From assembly GCA_947085095.1 (NCBI GenBank), contig CAMTVD010000014.1, forward strand, positions 128,001 through 192,000: DNA of 64,000 nucleotides, given 5' to 3'. The notes beneath the pieces were generated by a model. It worked only from the letters and a program-made list of their open reading frames with translations, made no database searches and was not told where the DNA came from. Positions 43,514-52,814 of this stretch are shown piece after piece. Made by a program: the position numbers and the translations under genes. The stretch's first letter is position 1; each line of letters starts with the position of its first letter. Source of the DNA: an uncultured Thermus sp. (GTDB lineage: Bacteria; Deinococcota; Deinococci; Deinococcales; Thermaceae).

Positions 43514-45226
43514 TCAGGATACAGGTTCCAGGAGGAGGTAGCGGGCCTCCACCTCCCCCGCCACCTCCTCCGCGGTGAGGAGGTCCACCCCCCGGGGAAC
43601 CCGAAGCCTGGCCCCTTCTTTGGCGAAGTAGGCCCAGACCTCCCTCTGCCCAAGCCGCCTGCGGAAGGCCATTACCCCTTCCGGGGCCTCGAGGGGCAGG
43701 AGGCCTCCTATCCGCAGCGCCGGGTGGGTCTTTTTGAGGTGGACGAGGCGCTTCAGGAAGCGGAGGAGGTCCTGGTCCCAGGCCTTTTCGTCCCAAGGAA
43801 AGGGAGCGCGGCAATAGGGGTCCCCCGCCCAGGCCCCGTAGGGGTTGGGTTGGGAGAGGCCGATCTCGTCCCCGTAGTAGAGGGCGGGGCTTCCAGGGAA
43901 GGCGAAGAGGAGGGCGTAGGCGAGCTTATGGGCCTCCTTGTCCCCCCTTAGCCGCCAAAGGGCCCGGGGAATGTCGTGGGAGGAGAGGAGGGTGTACATG
44001 CTGTGGCGAAGCTGGAGGGGCAGGGCGGCGTAGTAGTCGTAAAGGGTTTGCCAGAGCTCCTGGGACGTGAACTCCACAGGCCTTCCCTGAACGTCCCTTC
44101 CCGAGAGCCAGGCCATGACCGGGTGGGCGAAGCCGGCGTAGTGCATGGCCCCGTCCAGGGTGTGGGCCCGCAGGGTGGGGACGGTGTCGTAGGAGAGTTC
44201 ACCGAAGACCAGGGCGTCCTCCCTCTCCTCCTTGGCGGCCCGGGCCAGGGCTCTGAGCCAGCGGGCGTTCTTCCGGTTCGTCCCCCCTTCTCCGATGGAA
44301 TGGGCCACGTCCAGCCGCCACCCGTGGCAGAGGCGCATCCAGTGGCGGATGGGGGCCTCCTTGCCGAAGACGAAGCGCTCCTGGGTCAGGGGGGAGGCGT
44401 AGTCCAGCTTGGGCATCTGCCGTACATCCCAGAAGCGCGCATAGGTGCCGTCGGGGTGGAAGGTGAACATGCCCCGCTCGGGGCTTGAGGGGTCCTTCAG
44501 GGCCCTCCGGAACCAGGGGTGAGTGGCCCCGGTGTGGTTGAAGACCCCGTCCAGGACGAGCTTCATCCCCCGGGCCTCCAGGGCCTGGTAGAGGGCCCTC
44601 AGGGCCTCCTCCCCGCCCAGGTGGGGGTCCACCTTGAGGTAGTCCTCGGTATCGTAGCGGTGGCTACTGGGGCTTTGGAAGATGGGGGTGAGGTAGAGGG
44701 TTTCCACCCCCAGGTCCTGGAGATAGGGGAGGGCCTCCAGAATGCCCCAGAGGTCCCCCCCGTAGAACTCCCGGGCGCCATCAGGCCCTGGGGGTTCGTG
44801 CCAGGCCTTCTTGCGGATGGGCTTCCCCCCATAGCGCCAGGCCCCGTCCCGAGGAGCGAGCTCGGGGCGGCCTTGGCGGAAGCGGTCGGGGAAGATCTGG
44901 TAAAAGACCGTCCCCAAGGCCCACTCCGGGGGAAGGGGATGGGCGAGGAGGTGGAAGAAGCGGTCGTAGCGGGGAAGGCTTTTCTCCAGGCCGTGGCTTC
45001 CCAGGTACCCCTGGGGGAGGCGGAAGACGTAGCGAAAGGGGCTTTGGGCCACGGCCACCTTGGCCTTCAGCCCCCCAGGGGCCTTGGCCAGGGGTTTTTG
45101 CAGGATCTCCCCGTCCTTTTCGTAGAGAAGAAGCCCCTCCTCGGCCTTTGTCTCCAGAAGGATCTCCACCTCCTCCCCTAGCCGGGGGAAGGGGGGGGAG
45201 AGGTGCTCCAGGTCGTGGTGGTTCAT
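43514..45226 (-). CDS. GH13 maltodextrin glucosidase / neopullulanase-like enzyme
   Basis: YQIFPDRF, GGDLWG, HRYDTEDY, DGVFNH, GWRLDVA, GE, SSHD; ATGA overlap with malG. Confidence 0.93.
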   Translation of the reverse strand: MNHHDLEHLSPPFPRLGEEVEILLETKAEEGLLLYEKDGEILQKPLAKAPGGLKAKVAVAQSPFRYVFRLPQGYLGSHGLEKSLPRYDRFFHLLAHPLPPEWALGTVFYQIFPDRFRQGRPELAPRDGAWRYGGKPIRKKAWHEPPGPDGAREFYGGDLWGILEALPYLQDLGVETLYLTPIFQSPSSHRYDTEDYLKVDPHLGGEEALRALYQALEARGMKLVLDGVFNHTGATHPWFRRALKDPSSPERGMFTFHPDGTYARFWDVRQMPKLDYASPLTQERFVFGKEAPIRHWMRLCHGWRLDVAHSIGEGGTNRKNARWLRALARAAKEEREDALVFGELSYDTVPTLRAHTLDGAMHYAGFAHPVMAWLSGRDVQGRPVEFTSQELWQTLYDYYAALPLQLRHSMYTLLSSHDIPRALWRLRGDKEAHKLAYALLFAFPGSPALYYGDEIGLSQPNPYGAWAGDPYCRAPFPWDEKAWDQDLLRFLKRLVHLKKTHPALRIGGLLPLEAPEGVMAFRRRLGQREVWAYFAKEGARLRVPRGVDLLTAEEVAGEVEARYLLLEPVS

Positions 45227-46542
45227 TCCTTCACGGCCCCCGCGGTGTAGCCCGAGACGAAGTACTGCTGGAAGCCATAAAAGAGGAAGAGGATGGGCAA
45301 GGATCCCAGGACGCTGGCCGCGGCGAAGATGCCCCACTTGGTCTGGAACTGCCCAGCGGTGAAGCTCCTAAGCCCCACGCCCACGTTCCAGTTCTCCACC
45401 CCGGTGAGGACCAGGTTGGCCAGGACGAACTCCGAGTAGGTGCCCACGAACTGCAGGAGGAAGATGAAGACGAACATGGGGGCGGAGAGGGGGAGGAGGA
45501 TCTTGGTGAAGACCTGCCACTTGCTGGCCCCGTCCACCATGGCGGCCTCCTCGAGGCTCGGGCTGACGCTCTCCAAATACCCCTTGTACACCCAGGTGCC
45601 AAAGCTGATGATCCCCCCGGAGTAGGCCAGGACCAGCCCGGTGAAGGTGTTCAGGAGGTCCAGCCGGGAAAGGAGGTAGTAGATGGCCACCAGGGCCAGA
45701 AACCCCGGGAACATCTGCACGAAGATGAAGAAGAGGAGGAGGGGGTAGCGCCCCGGCAGGTGGCGGAAGCGGGCGAAGGCGTAGCCGGCGGTGGCCGTGA
45801 GCAAGACGGCGAGAAGCCCGGTGAGCCCGGAGATGAGGAAGGTGTTGCGCACCCAAAGGAGGAACTTGGTCTCCGTGCCCTGGCCGGTGAACTGCCTGGG
45901 GGAGAGGCTCAGGGCCAGGGCGAAGATGGCGAGGGCCATCAGGAGGAGGAGCCTCCCCTGCCAGAAGTCCATCCAGTCCTCCCCGGGCAGGAGGCGGCGC
46001 AGAAGCCCGATCCCCGCCACCCCCAGAAGGGACAGGCCCGCCAGGAGGGCGAGCGCAACCTGGTACGGGTAGAGGACCACCCCCTCCACCAGGCTGGCGT
46101 AGTTCTCCAAGGAGGGGGCGGGCAGGTAGGGAATGACCTTGGCGTCCAGGAGGAGGAAGCCCGTGTCGGGCCTTCGGAAGCTGAAGAGGTTGTTGGTGGG
46201 GTCAAAGCTGGCGGCCATCACCTGGACCACCGGGTAGTAGACCAGGAGGATCAGCACCCAGAGGAAGAGGTGGGTGATGCCCTGCAAAAAGAGGGGCCAG
46301 GGGCTTCGCCGCCTTCCCTGGAGGCGGTTCATGAGGGCGGTGTAGCCCAGGCTGTAGAGGAGAACCAACAGGACGAAAACGAGGAGGAGCCCCAAGGCGT
46401 AGGCCCAGCCGTAAGGCACGAAGACGCTGCCCAAGGCCACCTGCTTGCGGTAGGAACCCTCGTCAAAGAGGCGGGTGGCGGCGAACCAGTAGACCCCGTA
46501 GAGGACAAGGCCGGTAAGGAGGAAGGCCAGAACCTTCCGCAT
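45223..46542 (-). CDS. malG: Maltose/maltodextrin ABC permease MalG
   Basis: QMFPGFLALVA, EEAAMVDGA (EAA loop), VSGYTAGAVK. Confidence 0.9.
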   Translation of the reverse strand: MRKVLAFLLTGLVLYGVYWFAATRLFDEGSYRKQVALGSVFVPYGWAYALGLLLVFVLLVLLYSLGYTALMNRLQGRRRSPWPLFLQGITHLFLWVLILLVYYPVVQVMAASFDPTNNLFSFRRPDTGFLLLDAKVIPYLPAPSLENYASLVEGVVLYPYQVALALLAGLSLLGVAGIGLLRRLLPGEDWMDFWQGRLLLLMALAIFALALSLSPRQFTGQGTETKFLLWVRNTFLISGLTGLLAVLLTATAGYAFARFRHLPGRYPLLLFFIFVQMFPGFLALVAIYYLLSRLDLLNTFTGLVLAYSGGIISFGTWVYKGYLESVSPSLEEAAMVDGASKWQVFTKILLPLSAPMFVFIFLLQFVGTYSEFVLANLVLTGVENWNVGVGLRSFTAGQFQTKWGIFAAASVLGSLPILFLFYGFQQYFVSGYTAGAVKE

Positions 46543-47871
46543 CTACTTCACCTCCCTCAGGGCTCCCGTGACCCGGAAGTTGACCAGGCTGATGGCCACG
46601 GTGATGGCGAAGATGATGAGGCTGATGGCCGCCCCCAGGCCGTAGGCGGACTGCCCCTCGGCGCTGAAGGCGGTCTTGTAGGCCCAGGAGATGAGGATGT
46701 CCGTGGCCTGGGCCGTGGCCAGACGCCCTTCCTGGGCTGGCCCTCCGCCCGTGAGCAGGTAGATGATGTAAAAGTTGTTGAAGTTGAAGGCGAAGGAGGA
46801 GAGGAGGATGGGCACCATGGGCTTCTCCAGAAGGGGAAGGGTGATGCCCGTGAGGGCCTGCCAGGGGGTGGCCCCGTCCACCTTGGCCGCTTCGTAGAGC
46901 TCGTCGGGGATGGTGGAGAGGGCCCCCAGGGTGGCGGTCATCATGTAGGGAAAGCCCAGCCAGAGGTTGACCAGGAGGATGGCCACCTTGGCCCAGTCGG
47001 GGTCGTTGAGCCAGGGGATGGGGTAGACCCCCAAGACTCCCAGGAGGCGGTTGATGGCCCCGAAGTTGTAGTTCAAAAGGGCCACCCAGACCTGGACGGT
47101 GATGACCCCAGGCAGGGCCCAGGAAACGATGAGCAGGGTGCGGTAAAAGTTCCTGAGCTTGAGGCCCTTGTTGTTGAGGATAAGGCCCAGGATGAGGCCC
47201 AGGAGGGCGTTCAGGAGCACGGTGGCGGTGGCGAAGACCACGTTCCAGGCGAAGACGGGGAAAAGGGCCCGGCCCGCCTGGGACAGAATGAAGGCGAAGT
47301 TCTTAAGCCCCACAAAGCCAAAGGCGTTCACCTTGGCCACGAACTCCGCCTGGAAGGGCGGGGTGCGGTCCAAGAGGAGTTCTTCCCCCTTGACCCCTAC
47401 GATCCTGGCCCGCATCCGGTGCCCCTCGGCGTAGACCTCCACGGGCTCCCCCTGGCAGGGGTCGCACCGCAGGGCCTCCTTTACGGGTTCTGCCAGGAGA
47501 AGCTTGGGACCTTCCTGCTTCACCACGGCGGTCTCTGTGGAGCGGTCGGGGAAGCCGTTCCGCTGCCCCGAGTAGTCGGTGAAGGCCAGGTAGATGGTGA
47601 GGCCGATGGGGTAGAGGGTGAAGACCAGGAGGAAGGCCAAAGCGGGGAGGAAGTAGTACCAGTCAGTGAGCCAGGGGAAGAGGCGGCCCACAGCCACCGC
47701 CCCCGGCACCAGGAAGAGAAGGGTCACGAGGAGGATGGTCCAGCCCGGGGGGGCGAAGTAGACCTCGAGGAGGAAGTAAACCACCAGGCCCACCCCCGTG
47801 GAGAGGAGGAGGAGCCCCAAGAGGAGGCCCAGGGCCCAGAGGAACCCTTTTAGGCCGGGAGGGTGCTTCAT
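46543..47871 (-). CDS. malF: Maltose/maltodextrin ABC permease MalF
   Basis: NLWLGFPYMM, ELYEAAKVDGA, FAFNFNNF, TDILISWAY. Confidence 0.92.
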   Translation of the reverse strand: MKHPPGLKGFLWALGLLLGLLLLSTGVGLVVYFLLEVYFAPPGWTILLVTLLFLVPGAVAVGRLFPWLTDWYYFLPALAFLLVFTLYPIGLTIYLAFTDYSGQRNGFPDRSTETAVVKQEGPKLLLAEPVKEALRCDPCQGEPVEVYAEGHRMRARIVGVKGEELLLDRTPPFQAEFVAKVNAFGFVGLKNFAFILSQAGRALFPVFAWNVVFATATVLLNALLGLILGLILNNKGLKLRNFYRTLLIVSWALPGVITVQVWVALLNYNFGAINRLLGVLGVYPIPWLNDPDWAKVAILLVNLWLGFPYMMTATLGALSTIPDELYEAAKVDGATPWQALTGITLPLLEKPMVPILLSSFAFNFNNFYIIYLLTGGGPAQEGRLATAQATDILISWAYKTAFSAEGQSAYGLGAAISLIIFAITVAISLVNFRVTGALREVK

Positions 47872-47885
47872 GGTTCCAGCATAGA

Positions 47886-47917
47886 CCCCCCACGGGGGAA
47901 AAAGGTCCCGTGGGGGG
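47886..47917 (-). other. Intercistronic stem-loop between malE and malF
   Basis: CCCCCCACGGG...CCCGTGGGGGG, 11-bp stem without a U-tract; probable malE mRNA stabiliser. Confidence 0.6.
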
Positions 47918-47929
47918 CGGGCATGGTCC

Positions 47930-49126
47930 CTATTTGCCGATGGCCTTCCGGATCTCGGCCACCATGTCCTCCACGATCTTCTTCACGTTGGAGTCCGGCC
48001 TCTGGATGGCCAGGGAGATGGCGTTGGCCCAGGGACCCCACACCTTGCCCATCTCCGGGATGTTGGGCATGGGGGTACCTTGGGCGAAGACCCTAGCGAA
48101 ACCCGCCACCACGGGGTCTTTCTCCAGGGTCTTGGCCGCGCTCTTGGACACGGGGATGCGGCCCCCCGCCTGGTTGAAGGCCACCAGGTTCTTGCCGGAG
48201 ACCAGGGTCTTGGCAAAGTTGACGGCGGCGGTCTTGTTCTTGGAGTAGGCGTTCACCACCACGCCCTGGACGCCCAGGAAGGGCCCCCAGGGGTTTCTGG
48301 CCCCGGGCGGGGTGGGGAAGGGAGCGATGCCGAAGTCAATCTTGGCCTTCTTGTAGTCCCCCAGGGCCCAGGGGCCGTTGATGATCATGGCCAAAGCTCC
48401 GTCCTTAAAGGCCCCGTCCGCCACCCCGTAGTCCACGCCCTCGGGCACCAGGTTGTAGCGGAAGCGGAGGTCCTTGATGAACTGGAGGGCCCTCTCCCCC
48501 ACCTCGCCCCCGAGGAGGAGCCTGGCGGGGTCCAGGTTGCCCCGGGCGTCCTTGGCGAAGACGTTTTCCGCCCCGTAGGCCCGGAAGAAGCCGAAGTTAA
48601 AGTAAGGGTCGCCGATGTTGTAGAGGAAGCCGAAGGTGGCGCCGGTGGTGTGCCGCCGGGCCAGGTCCAAGAACTCCTCCCAGGTCCTGGGGGCCTCCTT
48701 CACGTACTTCTTGTTGTAGATGAGGGCCACGCTCTCGGCGAAGGCGGGCAGGCCCATGAGCCGACCCTGGAAGGTGAAGGCCTCCACGGCCACGGGCTGG
48801 AGGTCCTCCAGGTAGCTTGGGGTCACGTACTTGCCCATGGGTTCCAAGACCCCCGCCTGGGCCATCTCCCCCAGCCAGTCGTGGGGGATGGTAACCAAGA
48901 GGTCAGCGGCCTGCCCCTGGGGGGCCCCCAGGAGGAACTTCTGCTTGATGTCCCCGAAGGGGACCTCCACCACCTCCACCTTGGTGCCGGTGGTCCGCTC
49001 AAAGGTCCTGGCCTGGGCTTTGAGCCATTCCAGCTCGGGGCCGGGGAAGTGGGTCCAGACGGTGATCTTCCCCTGGGCGAGGGCCAGGGAGAAACCTAGG
49101 GCTAAGAGAGCCAGCGCTTTTCTCAT
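47930..49126 (-). CDS. malE: Maltose/maltodextrin-binding protein MalE
   Basis: PHDWLG, LIYNK, INGPW, PFLGV, PMPNIPEMGKVW; GGAGGT RBS before ATG 49126. Confidence 0.93.
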   Translation of the reverse strand: MRKALALLALGFSLALAQGKITVWTHFPGPELEWLKAQARTFERTTGTKVEVVEVPFGDIKQKFLLGAPQGQAADLLVTIPHDWLGEMAQAGVLEPMGKYVTPSYLEDLQPVAVEAFTFQGRLMGLPAFAESVALIYNKKYVKEAPRTWEEFLDLARRHTTGATFGFLYNIGDPYFNFGFFRAYGAENVFAKDARGNLDPARLLLGGEVGERALQFIKDLRFRYNLVPEGVDYGVADGAFKDGALAMIINGPWALGDYKKAKIDFGIAPFPTPPGARNPWGPFLGVQGVVVNAYSKNKTAAVNFAKTLVSGKNLVAFNQAGGRIPVSKSAAKTLEKDPVVAGFARVFAQGTPMPNIPEMGKVWGPWANAISLAIQRPDSNVKKIVEDMVAEIRKAIGK

Positions 49127-49145
49127 ACTCCCACCTCCGGGCGCG

Positions 49146-49159
49146 TGGTAGCGTTTCCG
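49146..49159. promoter_or_regulatory. Candidate LacI-family operator in the malE leader
   Basis: TGGTAGCGTTTCCG, CG-centred pseudo-palindrome between the extended -10 (TGGTATGCT) and the RBS. Confidence 0.6.
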
Positions 49160-49220
49160 CTCAAGGTTTTTTGCGCGCCCTGCCCCTAGAGCATACCACG
49201 TTAGCGGAGGACGCAAGTCC

Positions 49221-49382
49221 CTAAAGGGGGGCCCGCGCCACCGCAAAGGCGAAGAGGGTCTCCACCGCCTGGCTACGGAGGGGGACCACGCGGAGCCTGG
49301 GTGTTCCCAGGCGGGCGAGGCCTATCTCGTCCGCCAGGTCAAAGAGGCGGTGGAGGGCGATGTGGGGCAAGAAGGGGTTCAT
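49221..49382 (-). CDS. Small hypothetical protein (53 aa), below the ORF-track cut-off
   Basis: ATGA overlap with the rdgB stop; MNPFLPHIALHRLFDLADEIGLARLGTPRLRVVPLRSQAVETLFAFAVARAPL; most third codon positions are G/C. Confidence 0.55.
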   Translation of the reverse strand: MNPFLPHIALHRLFDLADEIGLARLGTPRLRVVPLRSQAVETLFAFAVARAPL

Positions 49383-49990
49383 TCCAGCTTGGAGACCTCC
49401 CGGGGCGGGGGGCCCTTTTCGTAGGCCTTGAGGAGGGCCTCCAGGGCCTTTCCCCGGTGGGAGTGGCGGGCCTTCTCCTCCAGCGTCATCTCGGCGAAGG
49501 TCTTCCCCGCCTCGGGGACGAAGAAGAGGGGGTCGTAGCCGAAGCCCCCTTCCCCTCGGGGGGCCTCGAGGATCACCCCCTCCACGCTCCCCTCGTAGGC
49601 CTCGGCATGCCCGTCGGGGTAGGCCAGGACCAAAACGGCCACAAAGCGGGCCTTCCTTTCCTCCCCCTTCAGGTGGCGCATCCTCTCCAGGAGGTAGACG
49701 TTCCGCTCCCGGTCCGTCTCCTTACCCCCGTAGCGGGCGCTGTAGACCCCGGGCTCCCCCCCTAAGGCGGGCACCACCAGGCCGGAGTCGTCCGCCAGGG
49801 CGGGAAGGCCCGTGGCCTTGGCCACGTAGGCCGCCTTGAGGAGGGCGTTTTCCAGGAAGGTGGCCCCCTCCTCCTTGGGCATGCGCAAGGGGAAGTCCGC
49901 CAGGGAGAGGAGGGTCCAGCCCAGGGGCTCTAGACCCGCCTTGAGCTCCCGCACCTTGCCGGGGTTGGAGGTGGCCAGGACGACCCGCAT
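49379..49990 (-). CDS. rdgB: Non-canonical purine NTP pyrophosphatase (RdgB/HAM1)
   Basis: ATSNPGK, ENALLKA, ADDSGL, PGVYSAR, GFGYDP, SHRGKA. Confidence 0.96.
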   Translation of the reverse strand: MRVVLATSNPGKVRELKAGLEPLGWTLLSLADFPLRMPKEEGATFLENALLKAAYVAKATGLPALADDSGLVVPALGGEPGVYSARYGGKETDRERNVYLLERMRHLKGEERKARFVAVLVLAYPDGHAEAYEGSVEGVILEAPRGEGGFGYDPLFFVPEAGKTFAEMTLEEKARHSHRGKALEALLKAYEKGPPPREVSKLE

Positions 49991-49995
49991 CCCCT

Positions 49996-50640
49996 TCAGG
50001 ATACCGCCTTCAGGGCCGCCACCACCTCCTCCGGGGTGTCCAGGGGGGTGAGGAGGGCCAGGTCCTGGGGGTCTATGGCCCCCTGGTCCTTGAGGAAGGC
50101 CATCCAGGAGAGAAGCCCTTCCCAGTAGCCCCGGTCCAGGGCGAAGACGGGGAAGGGGTGGACCTTCTCCGTCTGGATGAGGACCAGCACCTCGGAAAGC
50201 TCGTCCAGGGTGCCGAACCCCCCGGGGAGAAAGACGAAGCCCACGGCGTAGCGCACGAAGAGGACCTTGCGCACGAAGAAGTAGCGCAAGGAGAGGGCGT
50301 GGGTCTGGTAGGGGTTGGGCCTTTGCTCATGGGGAAGCTCTATGTTAAGCCCCACGCTCACCCCTCCCGCCTCAAAGGCCCCCCGGTTCACCGCCTCCAT
50401 GACCCCGGGCCCCCCTCCGGTCACCACCCCGAAGCCCGCCTCCGCCAGGACCTTCCCCAGGCGGTAGCCCAGGGCGTAGGCGGGGTGGCCCTCGGCAAAG
50501 CGGGCGGAGCCGAAGACGGAGACCAGGGGGACCTCTATCTCCGAGAGGGTCTCAAAGCCCTCCACGAACTCCGCCAGGATGCGGAAAAGCCGCCAGCTGT
50601 CCTCGTGGTGGAGCTGGTCTATAAGGGGCTTCCTGGGCAT
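49996..50640 (-). CDS. LOG family Rossmann-fold protein (TIGR00730-like)
   Basis: VFGSAR, TGGGPGVMEA, FFVRK, PGGFGTLDE. Confidence 0.93.
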   Translation of the reverse strand: MPRKPLIDQLHHEDSWRLFRILAEFVEGFETLSEIEVPLVSVFGSARFAEGHPAYALGYRLGKVLAEAGFGVVTGGGPGVMEAVNRGAFEAGGVSVGLNIELPHEQRPNPYQTHALSLRYFFVRKVLFVRYAVGFVFLPGGFGTLDELSEVLVLIQTEKVHPFPVFALDRGYWEGLLSWMAFLKDQGAIDPQDLALLTPLDTPEEVVAALKAVS

Positions 50641-50693
50641 GGCCCTAGCTTAACCCGGGAGGGGGGTTGGCCCCGCGCCGGAGCGAGGTGGCC

Positions 50694-51467
50694 TTAGAGC
50701 TCCTCCAAGCTTACCCGCCTCAGGGCCTCCACCCGTACCCCCAGGCGCTCCGCCAGGGCCCTATAGCTCTCCGGGTCCCCGGTGACGTAGTGGACCACCT
50801 GGCCCCTTCTTTCCGGGTTCAAAAGCCCCTCGGCCTTCAGGGCCTCGGCCACCCTCCTGGCCGTGGCCTCGGCGGAGTCTATGAGGGCCACCTGGGGTAG
50901 GACTTCCTGGATGGTCTTCTTCAGGTAGGGGTAGTGGGTGCAGCCCAGGATCAGGGCCTCGAGGTCCTCCGGGGCCTCCTCCAGGTAGTGCCGGGCGATG
51001 AGGAGGGCCACGGGGTCGTCCCAGAGCCCCTCCTCCACCAGGGGCACGAAGAGGGGGCAGGCCTTGGCCCAGGAGAGGGTCACATACCGCTCGTAAGCGC
51101 GGCTATTCACCGTGGCCTCTGTGCCGATGAGGCCCACCTTGCGGTGCCCCCTCGCCACCTCCGCCGCAGGCTCCAAGACTCCAAAGACCGGCACGGATAG
51201 GTCTTCGGCCAGGTCCGGCAGGGCGGCGGAGCTCGCCGTGTTGCAGGCCACCACGATGGCCTTCACCCCTTCCCGAAGGAGAAAGCCCGCGATCTCCCAG
51301 GCGAAGCGCCGCACCATGGCCAGGGGTTTGCCTCCGTAGGGCACACGGGCGGTATCCCCGAAGTAGAGGAAATCCTCCTGAGGAAGGGCCTTCTTCAGGG
51401 CGGTGAGCACCGTGAGCCCGCCCACGCCCGAGTCAAAGACGCCGATGGGGGCCTTGGGGTTCCTCAC
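50694..51467 (-). CDS. murI: Glutamate racemase
   Basis: [30 protein letters not shown] 51467. Confidence 0.96.
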   Translation of the reverse strand: MRNPKAPIGVFDSGVGGLTVLTALKKALPQEDFLYFGDTARVPYGGKPLAMVRRFAWEIAGFLLREGVKAIVVACNTASSAALPDLAEDLSVPVFGVLEPAAEVARGHRKVGLIGTEATVNSRAYERYVTLSWAKACPLFVPLVEEGLWDDPVALLIARHYLEEAPEDLEALILGCTHYPYLKKTIQEVLPQVALIDSAEATARRVAEALKAEGLLNPERRGQVVHYVTGDPESYRALAERLGVRVEALRRVSLEEL

Positions 51468-51556
51468 GGGGGCCAAGCATACTGGACGGCGAAGGGGGGG
51501 TGGTATACTATCGGGGTTGCCCCGAGGGGGGCAGGCCATCCAAGGAGGTGCGCAAG

Positions 51557-52735
51557 TTGCGGCTGGTCACGTCTGAATCGGTCACGGAAGGGCACCCCGA
51601 CAAGCTGGCGGACCGGATCTCCGACGCCATCCTGGATGCCCTCATCGCCCAGGACAAGAAGGCCCGGGTAGCGGCGGAGACCCTGGTCACCACCGGGCTG
51701 GTGTTCGTGGCGGGGGAGATCACCACCGAGGGGTACGTGGACATTCCCGGCCTGGTGCGCAAGACGGTGCGGGAGGTGGGCTATACCCGGGCCAAGTACG
51801 GCTTTGACGGGGACACCTGCGCCGTCCTCACCGCCATAGACGAGCAGTCCCCGGACATCGCCGGCGGGGTCAACCTGGCCTACGAGTGGCGGGTCCTCAA
51901 GTCCACCGACCCCCTGGACCGCGTGGGGGCCGGGGACCAGGGCCTCATGTTCGGTTACGCCACCGACGAGACCCCGGAGCTCATGCCCCTGCCCATCACC
52001 CTGGCCCACCGCCTCACCATGCGCCTGGCCGAGGTGCGCAAGACGGGCCTCCTGCCCTACCTGCGCCCCGATGGCAAGGCCCAGGTCACCGTGGTCTACG
52101 AGGGGGACAAGCCCCTTTACGTCAAGACCGTGGTGGTTTCCGCCCAGCACTCCCCGGAGGTGGAGCAGGAACAGCTTCGGGAGGACCTGATCCGCGAGGT
52201 GGTGCGCCAGGCCATCCCGCCCGAGTACCTGAAGGAGGGGGAGACGGAGTACCTCATCAACCCCTCGGGCCGCTTCATCCTGGGCGGCCCCCACGCGGAC
52301 ACCGGCCTCACCGGGCGCAAGATCATCGTGGATACCTACGGGGGGGCGGTGCCCCACGGGGGCGGGGCCTTCAGCGGCAAGGACCCCACCAAGGTGGACC
52401 GCTCCGCCAGCTACTACGCCCGCTACATGGCCAAGAACCTGGTGGCGGCGGGGCTCGCGAGGAGGGCCATGGTGGAGCTGGCCTACGCCATCGGCAAGGC
52501 GCGGCCCGTCTCCTTGCGGGTGGAGACCTTCGGCACCGGGGTCCTGCCCGACGAGAAGCTCACCGCCATCGTCGCCCAGGTCTTTGACCCCAGGCCTTTG
52601 GCCATCATTGAGGAGCTGGACCTCCTCAGGCCCATCTACACCCCCACCTCCGCCTACGGCCACTTCGGCCGCATGGGCTTCCCCTGGGAGGAGACGGACC
52701 GGGTGGAGGCCCTGAGGCGGGAGGCGGGGCTTTGA
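51557..52735 (+). CDS. metK: S-adenosylmethionine synthetase (start TTG 51557 or GTG 51548)
   Basis: [32 protein letters not shown]. Confidence 0.98.
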   Translation: MRLVTSESVTEGHPDKLADRISDAILDALIAQDKKARVAAETLVTTGLVFVAGEITTEGYVDIPGLVRKTVREVGYTRAKYGFDGDTCAVLTAIDEQSPDIAGGVNLAYEWRVLKSTDPLDRVGAGDQGLMFGYATDETPELMPLPITLAHRLTMRLAEVRKTGLLPYLRPDGKAQVTVVYEGDKPLYVKTVVVSAQHSPEVEQEQLREDLIREVVRQAIPPEYLKEGETEYLINPSGRFILGGPHADTGLTGRKIIVDTYGGAVPHGGGAFSGKDPTKVDRSASYYARYMAKNLVAAGLARRAMVELAYAIGKARPVSLRVETFGTGVLPDEKLTAIVAQVFDPRPLAIIEELDLLRPIYTPTSAYGHFGRMGFPWEETDRVEALRREAGL

Positions 52736-52814
52736 ATACCCCACCTCGCGTGCCCTAAGTGCGCTTGTAGGTCGCCGCCCCATCTCGGAGGGTTGGGATG
52801 GGGCCCGGCCTCTT

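Noticed and set aside
45148..47853. 901-aa plus-strand ORF, and similar long ORFs at 23070, 25566 and 59696
   Set aside because: These are antisense shadows of clear genes (malFG, SBP, thrS, peptide SBP), expected from high GC3, and carry no recognisable motifs.
51500..51556. SAM riboswitch upstream of metK
   Set aside because: The leader is only about 40 nt with one hairpin (TGCCCC-GAGG-GGGGCA) and has no SAM-I/II core motifs.
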